Under the pieces are notes generated by a model. It was not told where the DNA came from and ran no database searches. It saw only the letters and a program-made list of their open reading frames with translations. A DNA stretch of 63,313 nt, counting the filler, from Reticulomyxa filosa (taxonomy: Eukaryota; Protista; Foraminifera): NCBI GenBank assembly GCA_000512085.1. It is 9 parts of 9 records of this genome, joined end to end, with 100 filler letters (N's around TTAATTAATTAA, not from the genome) between each part and the next. Parts side by side here need not be neighbours in the genome. Positions count along the whole stretch, not along the records: positions 37,065 to 43,818 come from ASPP01012417.1; positions 43,919 to 59,527 come from ASPP01050106.1; 7 more parts are not named here. The stretch is one strand, 5' to 3'. Below, one piece after another: positions 38,140 to 51,769 of this stretch (the first letter of the stretch is position 1; each line of letters starts with the position of its first letter). The position numbers and the translations under genes are program-made.

Positions 38140-39318
38140 GATCACGTTGTTGTTGTTGATCACGTTGTTGATCACGTTGTTGTTGTTGATCACGATCATG
38201 CTCTTGGTCATGCTCATCAATAGTAGCCATCGACATAGATAATTGCTGGGGCAAACCATGATCACTCAACTTAAACTCATTCCAATCGATGGACATGTTA
38301 TCTTTATCGATCATGGTGGACATGCGTTCCATCTTCTGCTTGCTGTCCATGTAGGCGTGTTTAAGCTCTTTCAGCTCCTTCTTGAGCCGCTTGTTTTCCA
38401 TTTCCGTGTTTTCGTCGGACGAGACGTTGTCATTATCGTCTTCAATGTGTACGTCTCTGGTGATGAACTGCTTCCTCCAATCCGACTTCCATTTGGAAAT
38501 GGACGCGGAAATGCTATGCTTGTCGCCCACCCCTTCGTGAATGCGCAGCAGCTTCTTGCCAGGGATGGATAGCATTTCGTGCCAGGTTTTGAATTGGATG
38601 CGCTTTTCAATGTACGAGTAGTCGTCCTGCGCATACAAGTGCTGTGCACAACTGATAACCTCGTTGATAAATTTCTTCTCTTTCAAAAAATTTTTGAGTT
38701 GCGAAAACTTTTCGAAAATTTCTTGGATGGTTTTGCTCGACTTGATATCGCTGCGAATCAATGAGATCAGACCATATGCGATAGCGATCAACACCAAAGG
38801 GCCCTCCACCAACACCAGGTCGATCACACGCTGCACAAACTTGAGATAAAAATGATGGGCAAATAATGCCCTAACCCATGACGTGATGAACAGGTTGAGA
38901 TCGACGACGTCCATTTTGGCATTATTCATCTTCGTAATCAGCTCCGGGTCTTCGCGACTCAGCTCGTCGATCAACAACAATGCGCCATTGCGGATCATCT
39001 CCTCATCGTTCATGCGGAAGGGCTTCATCAAATCTGTCAACACTTGCATCAGACAAAATGTCGACTCCTCATTCAATGTCGTCACCTGCAATGCCGCGCT
39101 GATCTGCACCGCCCCTACCAACATCATTCGATTGTTCCAACTACTCGCATGCGCTGATAACACGTTGCGCATCGATGTCAACAGTCCCTTGTCCACACTC
39201 TCCACTGGCTCGTCGTTCAATAAATGCACGTATGTCTCTTGTCTTGTCAAATACATCTCCAGCTTCTCTACTGTCATTGGCTCACCCACGTCATCACCCT
39301 TTTCTTTACCTATATCTC

Positions 39319-39369
<51 letters not shown>

Positions 39370-39781
39370 CATTATTGTCTTTATCCATTCCATTCAACTC
39401 TGCTCGCATACTCATGTCCATATCCATGTCCATGTCTCCTTGTGTTTGTGTCGTATTCTTTGAATGCTTGTTCTTCTTCATGTTCTCTGACGGCAACAAT
39501 GTCAACTTGTAGTTCTTGTATTGGTAACGCGATGCTGATGCCTCGTTCTGATGGTACTTGCTCGCAAATAACCACATGTTTCGTCGGTATTCCTTGCTCT
39601 CCAATACCTTTGTTTGGTTCCATACCAAGTCGCGCAAGTCTCGCTTCGTTGTCTCCGTTCGCTGCAACGGCACTGGCGTTACTGAACTCGACTGTACATG
39701 TCCACTCGATTGCATCTTCGACTGTCCTCCTCCTGTTGGTGAATGCACCGATTTTGGTTTTAATAGAGTATCATTTGACAT
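37118..39781 (-). CDS. Rab-GAP TBC-like domain + coiled coil + PH domain protein with polyN/polyQ/HE tracts
   Basis: TBC-like YRRNMW, NEESTFCLM, FITSWVRALF, RVIDLVLVEGPLVLIAIAYGLI; PH domain LEGYL...KRWFVLRG...YYK...RDRWIKALR; a 3' intron is possible. Confidence 0.85.
38036..38200. repeat. Coding simple repeats: (His-Glu)n, (CAA)n and QQQ(Q)RD units
   Basis: (TTG)n runs punctuated by ATCACG, and TTCGTG hexamers. Confidence 0.9.
39319..39370. repeat. (AAT)n microsatellite encoding poly-Asn
   Basis: About 16 TAT/ATT units inside the TBC-PH ORF. Confidence 0.9.
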
Positions 39782-40052
39782 ATTGTCAAGATAAAGCCAA
39801 TTTCGTCTTTTTTTTTTGTCCTTTGGTGACTTCTTCTTTCCCGAGTGCTCCTTCCTCTCCTTTCTTCCTTCAAATACTATAAATTCTTCCCTTACTTTAA
39901 TTTGATATCATACATCACTTTTGTGCAATGCATTTGCTAAGTCATCACGAGAGTCCGCTTTTTTTGTTTTTTAAAAAAAGCTGGTTGGTTTCCCCTGCAA
40001 AATATTACCGCCACTTTCACCCCTTTTTTCCGGTTACAAATATAATCTCAAA

Positions 40053-41567
40053 ATGACTGAATCTAATGCGACAGAGGAATCATATATCGGACCTGATGGC
40101 AAACCCATGAGCAAAAAGTGTGTTGGGAATTGCGTCAACTTCTGTGGAAATTTCTGGAAAACTTTCTTCGAATGACAAGGATGTGTTTGTGAAAATAGTG
40201 CATGGAAGAAATGGCAAAAAGGTTTGAAAAGCCAAAAAAGCAAAGACGAAAAAGCGGCGAAGAACCAAACAAAACAGGACGAAAAAAGCGCCTCCAAAAG
40301 CAAAACTCAATCGGAGACAGCAGAAGTTGATCCGAACAACTTTTGTCAATACATTCAAATACCGACCAAAAAAAAAAACAAACAAAACATTTCTGTCTCT
40401 TTCTGTTTGAACCTCCCTTTCATTCTCTTGTGTTGATATTGTTATTGGGAAACAGGCCGGGCATGTTGACGAATCGACATTAACACCAAACGTATGTAGA
40501 CACAAGCGCAAATATATACATATAAATACATATAAATACATATATGTATATAAATATGTGAGATTTGAAAAAGCGAAGGAAGAAACATGGTATTGTTTAT
40601 ATATGTGTGAATGTTAGCAATATTTTGAATTGCGATGTCGCAAAGTGGCGGAACAAGAAGCGTTGGGTCACAACATGTATCCGCACAAATTTTACGTGTC
40701 CAAGTCAATTCCACAGTTTATCGTGGCGTATTCATCGTTGGAAAAAGCGCAAGTATTAGAAAACGAGCAGGTGTCATTAGCAGGACGAGTCGTGTCCGTG
40801 CGCAAATCTTCCGGGGGATTGCGTTTCTACGATGTCCAAGCCGATGGAAGTAACTTACAATTTGTGGCAAACAAAAGGTTATTTTTATTTTTATTTTTTT
40901 TTTTTTTTGAGGTCAAAAAAGGGGGAGGTTTGTTTTAAGAAGTGTTATGTATGTGCAATATATATATGTATGTGTATGTGTATGTGAATGCATTGTATGA
41001 TAAAGAGACACGAAAGATGGCAATGAATACGACCGTGTTCACAACTTGATCCGACGAGGTGACATAATCGGTGTGGAAGGCTATCCCGGAAAGACCAAGG
41101 CAGGGGAATTGTCGGTGTTTGCACGACACTGCATGCTGCTGTCCCCTTGCTTGCGAATGTTGCCGACGACGAAACCGGGCAGTAGCCTGACGTCCCAGGA
41201 AATACGCTATCGCAAGCGCCACTTGGACTTGATCTTGAACCCTCCCACCAGAGAGATCTTTTTGACCCGCACCAAAATCATCAATTACATTCGACGCTTC
41301 TTTGACAGTCGAGGATTTTTGGAGGTCGAAACGCCCATCCTGAACCAAATCGCTGGGGGGGCTACTGCTAAGCCATTCCGCACCCACCACAACGAATTGA
41401 ACCTGCCCATGTTTTTGCGCATTGCCCCCGAGTTGTATCTCAAAATGCTCGTCATTGGAGGCTTGGATCGCGTCTATGAAATTGGCCGGCTGTTTCGAAA
41501 TGAGGGCATTGACTTGACCCACAACCCCGAATTTACTTCTGTCGAATTTTATTCTGCTTATTGGGTT

Positions 41568-41610
<43 letters not shown>

Positions 41611-42697
41611 AAGAATGAATGAATGGAAGAATTTGCCCATGCGTATTTGATTAGATAAATAAATAAATATGTATATAGGATTATGAAGATATGATGACTT
41701 TGACCGAAGAGTTGCTGTCAGGCATGGTATTGGCCATCAAAGGCAGCTACAAAATCCCATACACCTTCTTACATTCTGAAGACGCGGGTCATGGCGGGTC
41801 TGACGAAGACGACTCCAAAAAAGAGGCCGAAACCAAAAAAGGAGAAACAGTGATCGTCGATTTCACACCTCCTTGGCCACGTTATAATATGATCGACACC
41901 TTGGAAGAGCGAGGCAAATTTAAAATCCCTCGACCTTTGGATTCTGTCGGTATGGGACATCAAACATTACAAAACAGAACCACACACATTTATAAATATA
42001 TGTATATACAATATACACACATATATGTATATGTTTATTTTTTAATTTCGGAAATTATACCTTTTTTGTTTTGATTGATTGATAGAGTGCAATGAGTTAT
42101 TGAGCAAAAAATGTGAGGAGTTGAACGTCGAGTGCGGAGATCCACGAACTACTGCTCGTTTGTTGGACAAATTGACGGATCATTTCATTGAGAGCACGCT
42201 CGTTAGTCCGGCTTTCATCACTTGCCATCCTGTGCTGATGTCGCCATTGGCAAAATATCATCGCAGTCGACCTGAATTGACAGAACGATTTGAATTGTTC
42301 TGTTGTCGAAAAGAGCTGTGCAACGCTTACACGGAATTAAACAATCCCAAAGTCCAGCGCGAAAGATTCCTCCAACAAATCAAGGAAAAATATGAAAAAG
42401 GAGATTCTGAGGCCATGGAATACGACAAAGATTTTTGTGAGGCGATGGAATATGGATTACCACCTACTGTTTTGTTTTTTTTTATTATTCCATACACTAT
42501 TATTTGCTTGCATTAATGCTATTTGGGTTGATTTGTATACACATATGCAGGGCGGATGGGGATTGGGTATCGATCGCTTGACCATGTTTTTGACGAACAC
42601 AAATCAAATCAAAGAAGTATTGCTTTTCCCTCAAATGAAACCCATTGTAGAAGAAAAGAAGCATTCAAAACAGGAGGAAATAGAAAACGTTGATTGA
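40053..42697 (+). CDS. KARS: Cytosolic class II lysyl-tRNA synthetase, 8 exons
   Basis: Spliced: MSKN|AWKKWQK...|[12 protein letters not shown]|QYFELR...YPHKF...LAGRV; RGDIIGVEG; RYRKRHLDL; GFLEVETP; [10 protein letters not shown]; [15 protein letters not shown]; ERFELF; EYGLPPT|[10 protein letters not shown]; IKEVLLFP. Confidence 0.97.
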
Positions 42698-43180
42698 TTT
42701 TACACTTATAAAACCCTCTTTCAAAGATTTTCTACTTTTCTTCATCTCATTTCACCAAATAGTTGAGTGTATGACAGGAAGGATTTGAGTTAAACACGAA
42801 CTTTTTTTTCTTTTTTGGCCATTGTCCAAAAGAAAAATTCGCTCGTGTAAACTATTTTCAATTTATCTATGATTCTCTAAGTCTTTTGTTTCTACCCAAT
42901 TTACAAAAACTTGAGCCACGCTCACCCATAAAAAATATTTTTTATCTGCTCAAAATTAAAATTTTGTATCAATATACTTTCTGAAAAATTTGAAAACAAT
43001 GGAATTAAGTGTGCAAAATCAAGTTGAATTTGATTGTTAAGATACAAATAATGAAGTTTTTTTGTCTATGGCAGGAACTTCCGAATTTTCGCTGCGAAAA
43101 AAAAAAGGGTACATAATAACAAGTGAAAACAACAAATACTTAAGTATAAACATATTAATGCTATGCAAAGTTTTATGTGC

Positions 43181-43759
43181 TCAAGCTTGATCGAGTTCGG
43201 CTATGTGATGTTTCATATAAAAGGCGATATTCAACACAGCATCCATAGCTTCCGGAATGTAAGGTGCTAATACCGGCAAGGCATGGACAGTGCTATTATA
43301 AAACCAGATATCGACTTTACGTGTTTTGTCTTCGGACTTGATCTTGTTGTACATTTGAACGCTGTCATCTCTCAGTATTTCATATTGACTGACGGTAAAT
43401 AATATTCTCGCACTCGTCATCTTGCGCACATTGCCGTAAATCGGAGAGATATACCACAATTCAAAGAGTTTGTCATCGAAATCTTTTGTTTTTTGTCCTT
43501 CTGCATTTCTGATTCCGGAAACAAATTCACGAACACTTGTAATCATATTCAACGAGAGATGAGCATCCTTGTTTTTGTTCTCTTCGTAACTGGAATGAGT
43601 GTACTTTAAGGACATATCCGTGAAAGGAGACAACAGCACCGCAAGCCCAACATTACTTGCCACTATGGACGTCTCCACATATTTTTCTTGAATATATTGA
43701 AGGGTCGACAAAATTAATCCTCCGCCCGCACTTTCTCCAATCAAATGGATCTTATGCAT
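43181..43759 (-). CDS. Alpha/beta hydrolase (hormone-sensitive lipase/GDXG family), last exon only
   Basis: IHLIGESAGGGL nucleophile elbow, LLSPFTD, ISPIYG, EILRDD, catalytic His in VHAL. Confidence 0.88.
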   Translation of the reverse strand: MHKIHLIGESAGGGLILSTLQYIQEKYVETSIVASNVGLAVLLSPFTDMSLKYTHSSYEENKNKDAHLSLNMITSVREFVSGIRNAEGQKTKDFDDKLFELWYISPIYGNVRKMTSARILFTVSQYEILRDDSVQMYNKIKSEDKTRKVDIWFYNSTVHALPVLAPYIPEAMDAVLNIAFYMKHHIAELDQA

Positions 43760-46700
43760 GGGTACTTCTAAGTATTTTTTTTTTCAGTGCTTTTTTTTTT
43801 TTTTTTTTTTTTTTTTTANNNNNNNNNNNNNNNNNNNNNNNNNNNNNNNNNNNNNNNNNNNNTTAATTAATTAANNNNNNNNNNNNNNNNNNNNNNNNNN
43901 NNNNNNNNNNNNNNNNNNAATAAGAATTTGGCTCGATAATAACGATCATAATGCAATCGAAGACATCTTTGATAACACCAATACAATTAGCGAAGAAGAA
44001 GAAGGAGAAGGGAGAAAATACGTTTGTATAAATGTGGTCCCCAGATTAGATAATGACACGGACGTCATCTCAAGTGATTCAATGACGACAATAACGACGA
44101 AATAGAGCCATTAGAAATGGCAATCGATTGGAAGGTATATTTGGCCTTATTTTTATTCACATTAAATACAATGACTTGGTCATCGTCTTTAATGTGTTGA
44201 GTCATCGTTTTGCCTCTAGGCAAGAGAGGGGACAGGCATTGTTCTGACACGGAATGATGGATCGTATTCGTATTTACGATGGCACGATTGTTCATGCATT
44301 TTGCGAGACGAAGTGATCATTAAGAACGCAGGTATTGCAACAATGAAGGGACATGGTATTGAATGTTTATGCATTGTGCAAAGTACGTCTACTATTTTCT
44401 TGATTTGCATGCTACCTTGAAAAAAGATCCACCAATTTATATTTGATCAAGTGGAGATGGGTATTCTCGATATTGTAGACGAATCGATATGGTTTCCCGA
44501 TCCAATGTCTTCATGTGTCTGTCGCATTGGCACTTTTCGTCGTTGTTGGATGCTGCTTATTTTTGGGAGAGGATCACTATATTATTACCTTTGGTATATC
44601 GCTTGGCATCAAATTTTTTTTTATGATAACTCTGTTCTAATCAAAATAACAGTTCTTGTTTCTGCGTTTTTTTGCATTCCCTTCTTCTTCTTCTTCTTCT
44701 TTGTTTGCGGTTCCATCATCTCTACACCACCAGCCTAGTTGCTGCAAATACAAAGACAACAAACAACAACTTAATTCAAACTGCTTTAAAAGAAAGACAA
44801 AAGTAGTCAATGTTGTTTTAACTTCAATTCTCTTTCAAATGCATTCCAAAATCATCCACTTCGATCATTTACTTTCAATCTTCATTAACAATAATAATCA
44901 TTGTTCTTTTGAATCCAATTGCGATATACCAAAGCTTTGATATCTCTCACCAAATCAACACGAAGGTCATACCAATTCTATATCGGAAATGTCTCCATGC
45001 ATCTCTGGCGTGTCGATATCGTGAGCCATATACACATAATCACAAATATATATCAATGATAGCGACAAATATTTGATCAATTATATATATGATGGCCCGA
45101 GTGAGAGCTGTGTGCTAATTTGGATATTGTTATGTGATTGTAAACACACAATGCCCATTGTCACTTTGCCTCGTTTCCATTAATAACATCCATAACAATT
45201 CATAATTTTGGTGACATATGTCAACACTCTTGTAGTGCTCAATTACATCGATTTTCTTTATTTGCACTGTCCGCTTGCTTCATCCGATAAGTTCATCTCG
45301 CACGATTCAGTATCTCTTGCGATATTTCTTAAATTAATCCATATATTTATAATACCATTGATTGTCATATTTTTTTTTCTTTCTCTTTTTTCCTTCCTTA
45401 ATGTACCCTTCTTCTTCTTTCTTTTTTTTTCACTACAAACCTGAAACAAAGCACTGTACAATGAAAATGTCTATGTCCACATTGTTATATATTACAACAA
45501 CTGAAAACATGACAAAAATAAAATTTATACCTTGAAATAGAACTGCTATGATTAATCTTTGCCATTTTGAGTGTTGGAGTTCAAATGATAACAGGATTAT
45601 ACGTTATAAGAGAAGTTGTTCGTGGAATACTCATTTGCTCGAACGTTCGCTCCATTCTTTAGCACTCATATTAATACTCAATTCTCTTTTTTATATCACA
45701 ATCAAAATTCAAAAATTGATTGCTTTCTGACAAGTTTACAAGACAATCCACACAATTTACAATATATCAACACAAAAAAGATAGCTTTACCAGAGTTCGA
45801 ATTTGATAACGACTCAATATACTGCATTTTATTAACATATTGGATCAATATCATTTCTATCATCATCGGTAGTAACTCGTGACACTGGACGCATTTTAAG
45901 ATTCGATATTTCAATTGTATATTCCTTCTAATCTCAATTGATCAATTTATGGAGCTGATTCCGAGATTATTGAACCTGATTCCAATGTATGTGTCTGACA
46001 GTTGTATTAATGAGTTAATTATTTGAGTATCACAATTTATTGGAAATCTACATATTGATCATAGACAGGACAAATACAACTAAGACATGACTACGTATAA
46101 TATAGTGACTCTACTTTGGGCAAATTATCCATATCTTCAAACGATTTCTTCTGGACAATATCCTTTGTTATTTCAAATCTGTCTATATGTATATCCAAGA
46201 ATGACATACCAATTGTAGATTATTAAAGAAAGAGAGAGGTAACTAGTTCCATTTAATTCGATAGACCGGCCATTTTCTTCTTTTGATACGACATTTTTGC
46301 ACTTGCGTTCGGTCTTGGATATTATGTTCAACTATTCGATTTGACAGTAAGCGAATCGATTCTTTGTAATACTTGCTCGAGATTGATAATTTTCCTCGGT
46401 TCGAAAATAATATTGTTGATCATATCACTTGGATTACTTGCTTCTTCCAATAATTCAAATCGCATAAGTTCCAAATTAATACTTGATCGTTGCGCAAATT
46501 TCTTCGACAAAGTTCTATTATATATGTGATAAGTATATTTCAATTTTTTTAAACAAAAACAAATGAGAAAAAAAATAACTTAACTGAGTTGATATCATTG
46601 AGCGGGACATCAATTTTTTTTTCAATAAAAAAACTTTAAAAATAATATTTTATTTTCACTTTCAATTATTATTATTTTTTTCTCTTTTTATCATTCTTAT

Positions 46701-47039
46701 TCTTTTTTTTTCTTTCTATCATTCTTATTCTTTTTTTCTTTCATTATTCTTATCATTCTTACTCTTTTTTTTCTTTCATTAATTTTTCTTTTTTTACTTC
46801 ATTTTTTTTCAATCTTTTTTCTTTTTTATTATCTTCTTTTATTTTTATTAGTCCTTTTTTTTTCACCTCCCATCTTAATAATTACTTTCCCCTTTTTTCA
46901 TCCCCATTCATAATATTTTTCTCCCTTTCCCAATACACTTTTTAAAAATATATACATACATTGCCTTTTGTGAACGATGTCTATGACACAAGACAAACAC
47001 ATACTTTATTATTTTTAACAAACAAAAAAAACATATTCG

Positions 47040-49103
47040 CAACTATAAGTCGCGATACAATGTATAATTTCTTTTTCCTATAAACACACTTCAATGTTTT
47101 TTTTAAGGGGTGGGGGACAAATAAATATATATACATATATGTTCTTTTTTTTAGGGGGAATTCCTATATCATCACAAAAGCAAACACATTTATTATAAAA
47201 TGATACAGGTACGTAAATAAAAAAACATATACAAACCTCTTTATTTTTTTTTTCAAACGGGGTAAAATTCAACCCCAATTATCTTTTTTTTTGTGTGTGT
47301 GCGTATATAGAGGGGGGTACAGACAGCGTAATCTTGGCAGGACGGGGGAACCTATATAATACAAATACAACATGTAAATATATTTAAAAAAATTAACAAA
47401 TAGAACAAACCATTTGTTCTCCTTGCGGAGACGGGGGTGGTTGCTACCCCATTTTTTTTTCATTCATTTGAATTGATCTATTAAATATGAACACACAACA
47501 CACAGTTATAGTCGAACATAAAGAAAGAGCAAAAAAATTACCTGTTGGACTGATATTGCATTGCATCGCTCGCATTTCAAGCCACAAAGTGGCTATATTA
47601 TTCATTTGTCGTTGACGCTATCCAGCTCCGACACAAATTGGTCAATGTTGCCTCCAATCGACCCGATTCACAAGCATTTTCTATGAACAAACAACAATCT
47701 AAGAAATAACACTTATTATTCGACGTAATAAGAAAAAAATGAAATAACTTGTCACGTCACATGATACGCCGACGATCTCAATTGAAAGCAAATGGGATGG
47801 ATGATTTGATACATTGTCGCAATCTGATAATTTGAGCGTTGGACTGCAAGTTGGAGTAATGAGTGGAATAAACAAATTGGCAATGCGAGTTGTTCATTGC
47901 GTGATTTATCTTGTGTTGAGGCTAAGTGCCTTATAATAGCACACCTTTGCGAACATTCCGCTGGTTTGCATAAATGATGATGGATACCACGACCAACTTG
48001 TGCGTCGGCTGCGTTGTCGCCCACTTTCCCCATTTGTGCTAACAGCGCCTCTGCTACATCAAAGGCATTTCCTTGCCACGGAAAAAGACTGGCATTCCGT
48101 CAAAGTGTGTCCCAGCAGTTGCAGCTGGTTGGACAATCGTTCCAAGCATGTATTGTCCGTCTTTTTTCCATTTAACAACAGCACATCGTATTCTCACAAT
48201 CTAATTTTTTTTTTGTGTGTATTTGTTTGTTTTTTAAAGGAAGTAAAAGACTTAACATTGCAACATTGGACAAAATAGCTGGCGAAGTGCAAAATGTGAG
48301 TTGGATGTGAAGCTGTGTCTTGATCAAATTTCGCTTGGATTTGATAGAGTGGCATTGAAAATAAATCTGTCGTGGCTGCAGATAGTGTTGATCGATTGAT
48401 TGTTTGTTTCCACATTGTAGCCAGAACAGAGCCAACAATCCATACTCGATACTCACTGTTGCAAGATCTATTCGATGATAGCTTGCTTAGCATTAATCCC
48501 ATTTTACAAATTTTTGGCAATCTGTTATTTTTTTTTTATTATTAATTAATAAAATACATGCATAATACACACAACCCATACTACCCACTTCCTATCTATT
48601 GATATACGTAATCTTCCCTTTTTTTTCATGATCATTTTTTTTTTTTTTATTCGTAATGTCATTATTATGTACCTGAATGTTGTCTGTTCAAATGTGAATG
48701 TATAGACTATTGGTGATAAATTCGAAATGGATGTGAGCTTATTAATAGACAATGATTTTGTGTTGATATTTGACTGATTTGGACTGCTAGCAAGATTGCT
48801 TTCGAAAGTACGTATAATTCCGTTTTCTGATTGCATCGACTCAATGTTGAAAATTTGTAATGATGATGCACTTATCACGTTGTTGTGGATTTGTAATCCT
48901 TGATAATACTTCAACATGTAATTGGCTGAGTGGTTAAGAAACATATCACATGATATCAATAACATATTCATACGGCTATGTTGGTCAACGTGTGTTTGTT
49001 CACTCGTCCAGCTGCAACTGCTTGTGCTTGTCTTGTTTGCATTTAGCAGCACCACGAATACACTTAATACCTGCAGTATCACCAACACCAGCGACGATTT
49101 CAT
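47040..49103 (-). pseudogene. Module C, copy 1: degenerate multi-exon gene with a signal peptide
   Basis: MKSSLVLVILQVLSVFVVLLNA start; minus-strand GT-AG introns; exon TIVQPAATAG...AFDVAEALLAQMGKV; small Pro-rich terminal exons; collinear with 56050-58211; frameshifts and stops. Confidence 0.55.
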
Positions 49104-49649
49104 GTTGCGGTGTGAAACTAGCCAATATTTTCTCCTAGTTTTTTCCCCTCCAATTCTACTAGACACAAAGCGAGCAACAAAGCCACTTTGAGATAAGAAC
49201 AAAAGTTTGTGGCAAACGAATGTATTTGTAACATTTTTAATTGATTTATGGAAATGCCGAATTCATTGGAAAATACAATTTGTTGGAGTTTATTTTGTGT
49301 ATTTATCATTAATTTAGTGCAAAAAAAATTTATCTTTTTATCTAAAATTCCTTCACTTAAACAAACCAAATACACATCCACTAAAAAAAGGCATAATCTT
49401 CAAAAAAAAATTAAAAAAGAGGCAATAGTAAATATTTTAATAGTTCCAAAAAAAAAAACAAGAGCAAAATGTTCGGAGCCTCCATACGTGCAAAAATGTT
49501 TATATCGTCAAATTTATATCTGTATATGTGTATATCGCAATCATTTTACACTTTTTTTTAATTGAGTGATAAAAGATTATCCAAAAAAAAAATGATTGGA
49601 TGGTTTTGATTTATAGACAAGTAAACAAAATGAGAAATCCCTCCAAAAA

Positions 49650-50138
49650 AAGATACCTTTGCAACTCTAAATACACTTGTCGTCTCGCGCGTTCCAGTAA
49701 ACTGTCATTTGATGCTGTTCTTTCAATTAAATGCTAATTGTCCGGAACTTTAACATGATCATCAAAGTTTCTCAAAAAAAAAAAGTGAAAAACTCGACAT
49801 GTCTTTTCGAATATCATTATTATTATTATTCAAGCGATCAAATCAAATGATGGTCCATGCATTTAAGGATCGAAAATCTCATTTCTCATTGACCTTTTCA
49901 ATACATTCCAAATTGTAATCGATCATTGCAATGACGAGTTCCTTCTCGGAAAAGTATTTTAGTTTGGTCACGTCTATCAGGCACGATCAAGATGTTGTCG
50001 GGGATGAGTGTTTCTATTGAACCACTTGTGTTTGAAAATTTGATATCCGTGCGCCAAGAGCGTATCATACGAGAGACTGTGCACTGACGCTGACAGACTG
50101 TCAGTCCACATCAGCAGTATAAACAGCAGGTTAAGCAT
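49650..50138 (-). pseudogene. Module A, copy 1 (degenerate gene with a hydrophobic N-terminus)
   Basis: MLNLLFILLMWTDSLSA start; homologous to 51770-52267 and 58760-59287. Confidence 0.5.
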
Positions 50139-50468
50139 GCAATTGCGTAAAGTGCTAGTATGTTATGCAATTCTGTCAGCTTCTTTAATATATAAGAGAA
50201 AAGCTTCTCATGCGATAAACATGAAGGGGGGAAAGGACGGGAAGTTCGTGTGTACATGTGTGGAAGCATAAATTGTAATATTAGAAGTTAAACAATTTCA
50301 AAAAATAAATAAAAAAGTGTAGTAATTTTGGGAAATAAAAATTGAAAAATCAAGAGGCAAACAAACATAGTGGAACAGGTCATGAAAACGGAAAAAAGTT
50401 TTTTTTTGTTGTAATCAATGCTCTTTTAAAGTGTAAACAGCTATTGAACAGCCAAGAACAAAAAAAAA

Positions 50469-50900
50469 ATGACAAAAAAAAACGTGTCATTGTGGCGGAT
50501 GTTATGGTGTAGCACTTTGACTGTGTGGACGACACTGGTAGTGACTAAAGACATGAACTCATATTCGTTGAACGATTCTTGCATTGGGTACAATCAAGCA
50601 CAAAACTATTTAACAGAAGACTGGGTGTGTGGCATTGCCAGCAAACCAATACAACGTGGACACTCACGACAAGGGATTGTTAGTAGAGAGAGCAAACTTA
50701 AAGACTTACTAGCATGGCCCGCTCACATATCGCGTAGCGTTCTACAATACATTAACATATCATTGTAATACCAACACATGACGAGACTTTATTCAGTTAT
50801 TCAAGCCATGAACATATCATGGATTTTCGGATGGCGTAAGTACTTCCTCGATTGGTTAAGTATGACGCTGAGATCACATCACAGTTGGTTATTGTTCCTT
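50469..50900 (+). pseudogene. Module B, copy 1 (degenerate signal-peptide gene, divergent from module A)
   Basis: VSLWRMLWCSTLTVWTTLVVT...NDSCIGYNQAQNY; homologous to 52586-53100. Confidence 0.5.
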
Positions 50901-51769
50901 ACAATCACTTTGCTCTTTACTGTACTTTTTTATATACGTTTAAATGGTTGATCCTTTATATTTTATTATTGAGGCTAATTTATTTTTTTTTTACAATATT
51001 TTTGAATTAATTGAATTCTATTAAAGAAGAGGTATCTTTTCGCTTTTGTTATTTTTTTTAAAAAGGATGCCGCTTTTTTTTTCTATTAACATCATTCATC
51101 ACAAAAAATTTTGTTGAGAAAAAAAATAAATTCTTTAAGGAGGAAACACTTGGAAATTTTTTCAACTACAAAAACAGAGAAGAATGCAAGAAAAGATAGA
51201 AATCTGGATCAATATCATCAAATTTATGCTGTGAAACGAGTTTGATGGTTGGTCATAAAGATTGTACTCCTTCATCTCACTTGGATTTAACATCACATTG
51301 AATGTATTGCAGCTAATACCAACGATGATTTCATGATACCTAAATGGCCAAAGCTTTTTACCCAATATTTTCTCATTTGTTTGTCCTGTTCACTTCTACT
51401 GAACACACCGAAACGAAACGGAAGGACAGTCAATAAATAAAATTACTCTAAGATAAAAATAAGAAAAAGTTTGTAGCAAACTATAGAAGTGTCGGGTTGA
51501 CGTACTTTGTTTTATGTGTGGCATAGTTCAATAAAGAAAAACATTCTTTTCACTTAAAAAAGGTTAAATGTAGAAAAAATATTATCTCAAATTTTTTTTA
51601 AAAAAAGTTAAATCGCTACAGTAAATGCAACAATTTCTATTCCGCCATCTTTTATACATCAAATTCATATCTGTTTGTGTATTGTGTATATTGCAATCGT
51701 TTTACACTTTTTTCTGATTGGGTGGAAAAAAATGATTATAGACAAGATGAGAAATCTCTCCAAAAAAAA

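Noticed and set aside
46620-46940. T-rich tracts (also 55640-56040) as telomeric or satellite arrays
   Set aside because: There is no fixed repeat unit. This is low-complexity DNA duplicated with the cassette.
47320-47450. Degenerate collagen (GSP-VLP-RLR) exons
   Set aside because: Gly-X-Y periodicity is not maintained and is absent in the second copy.
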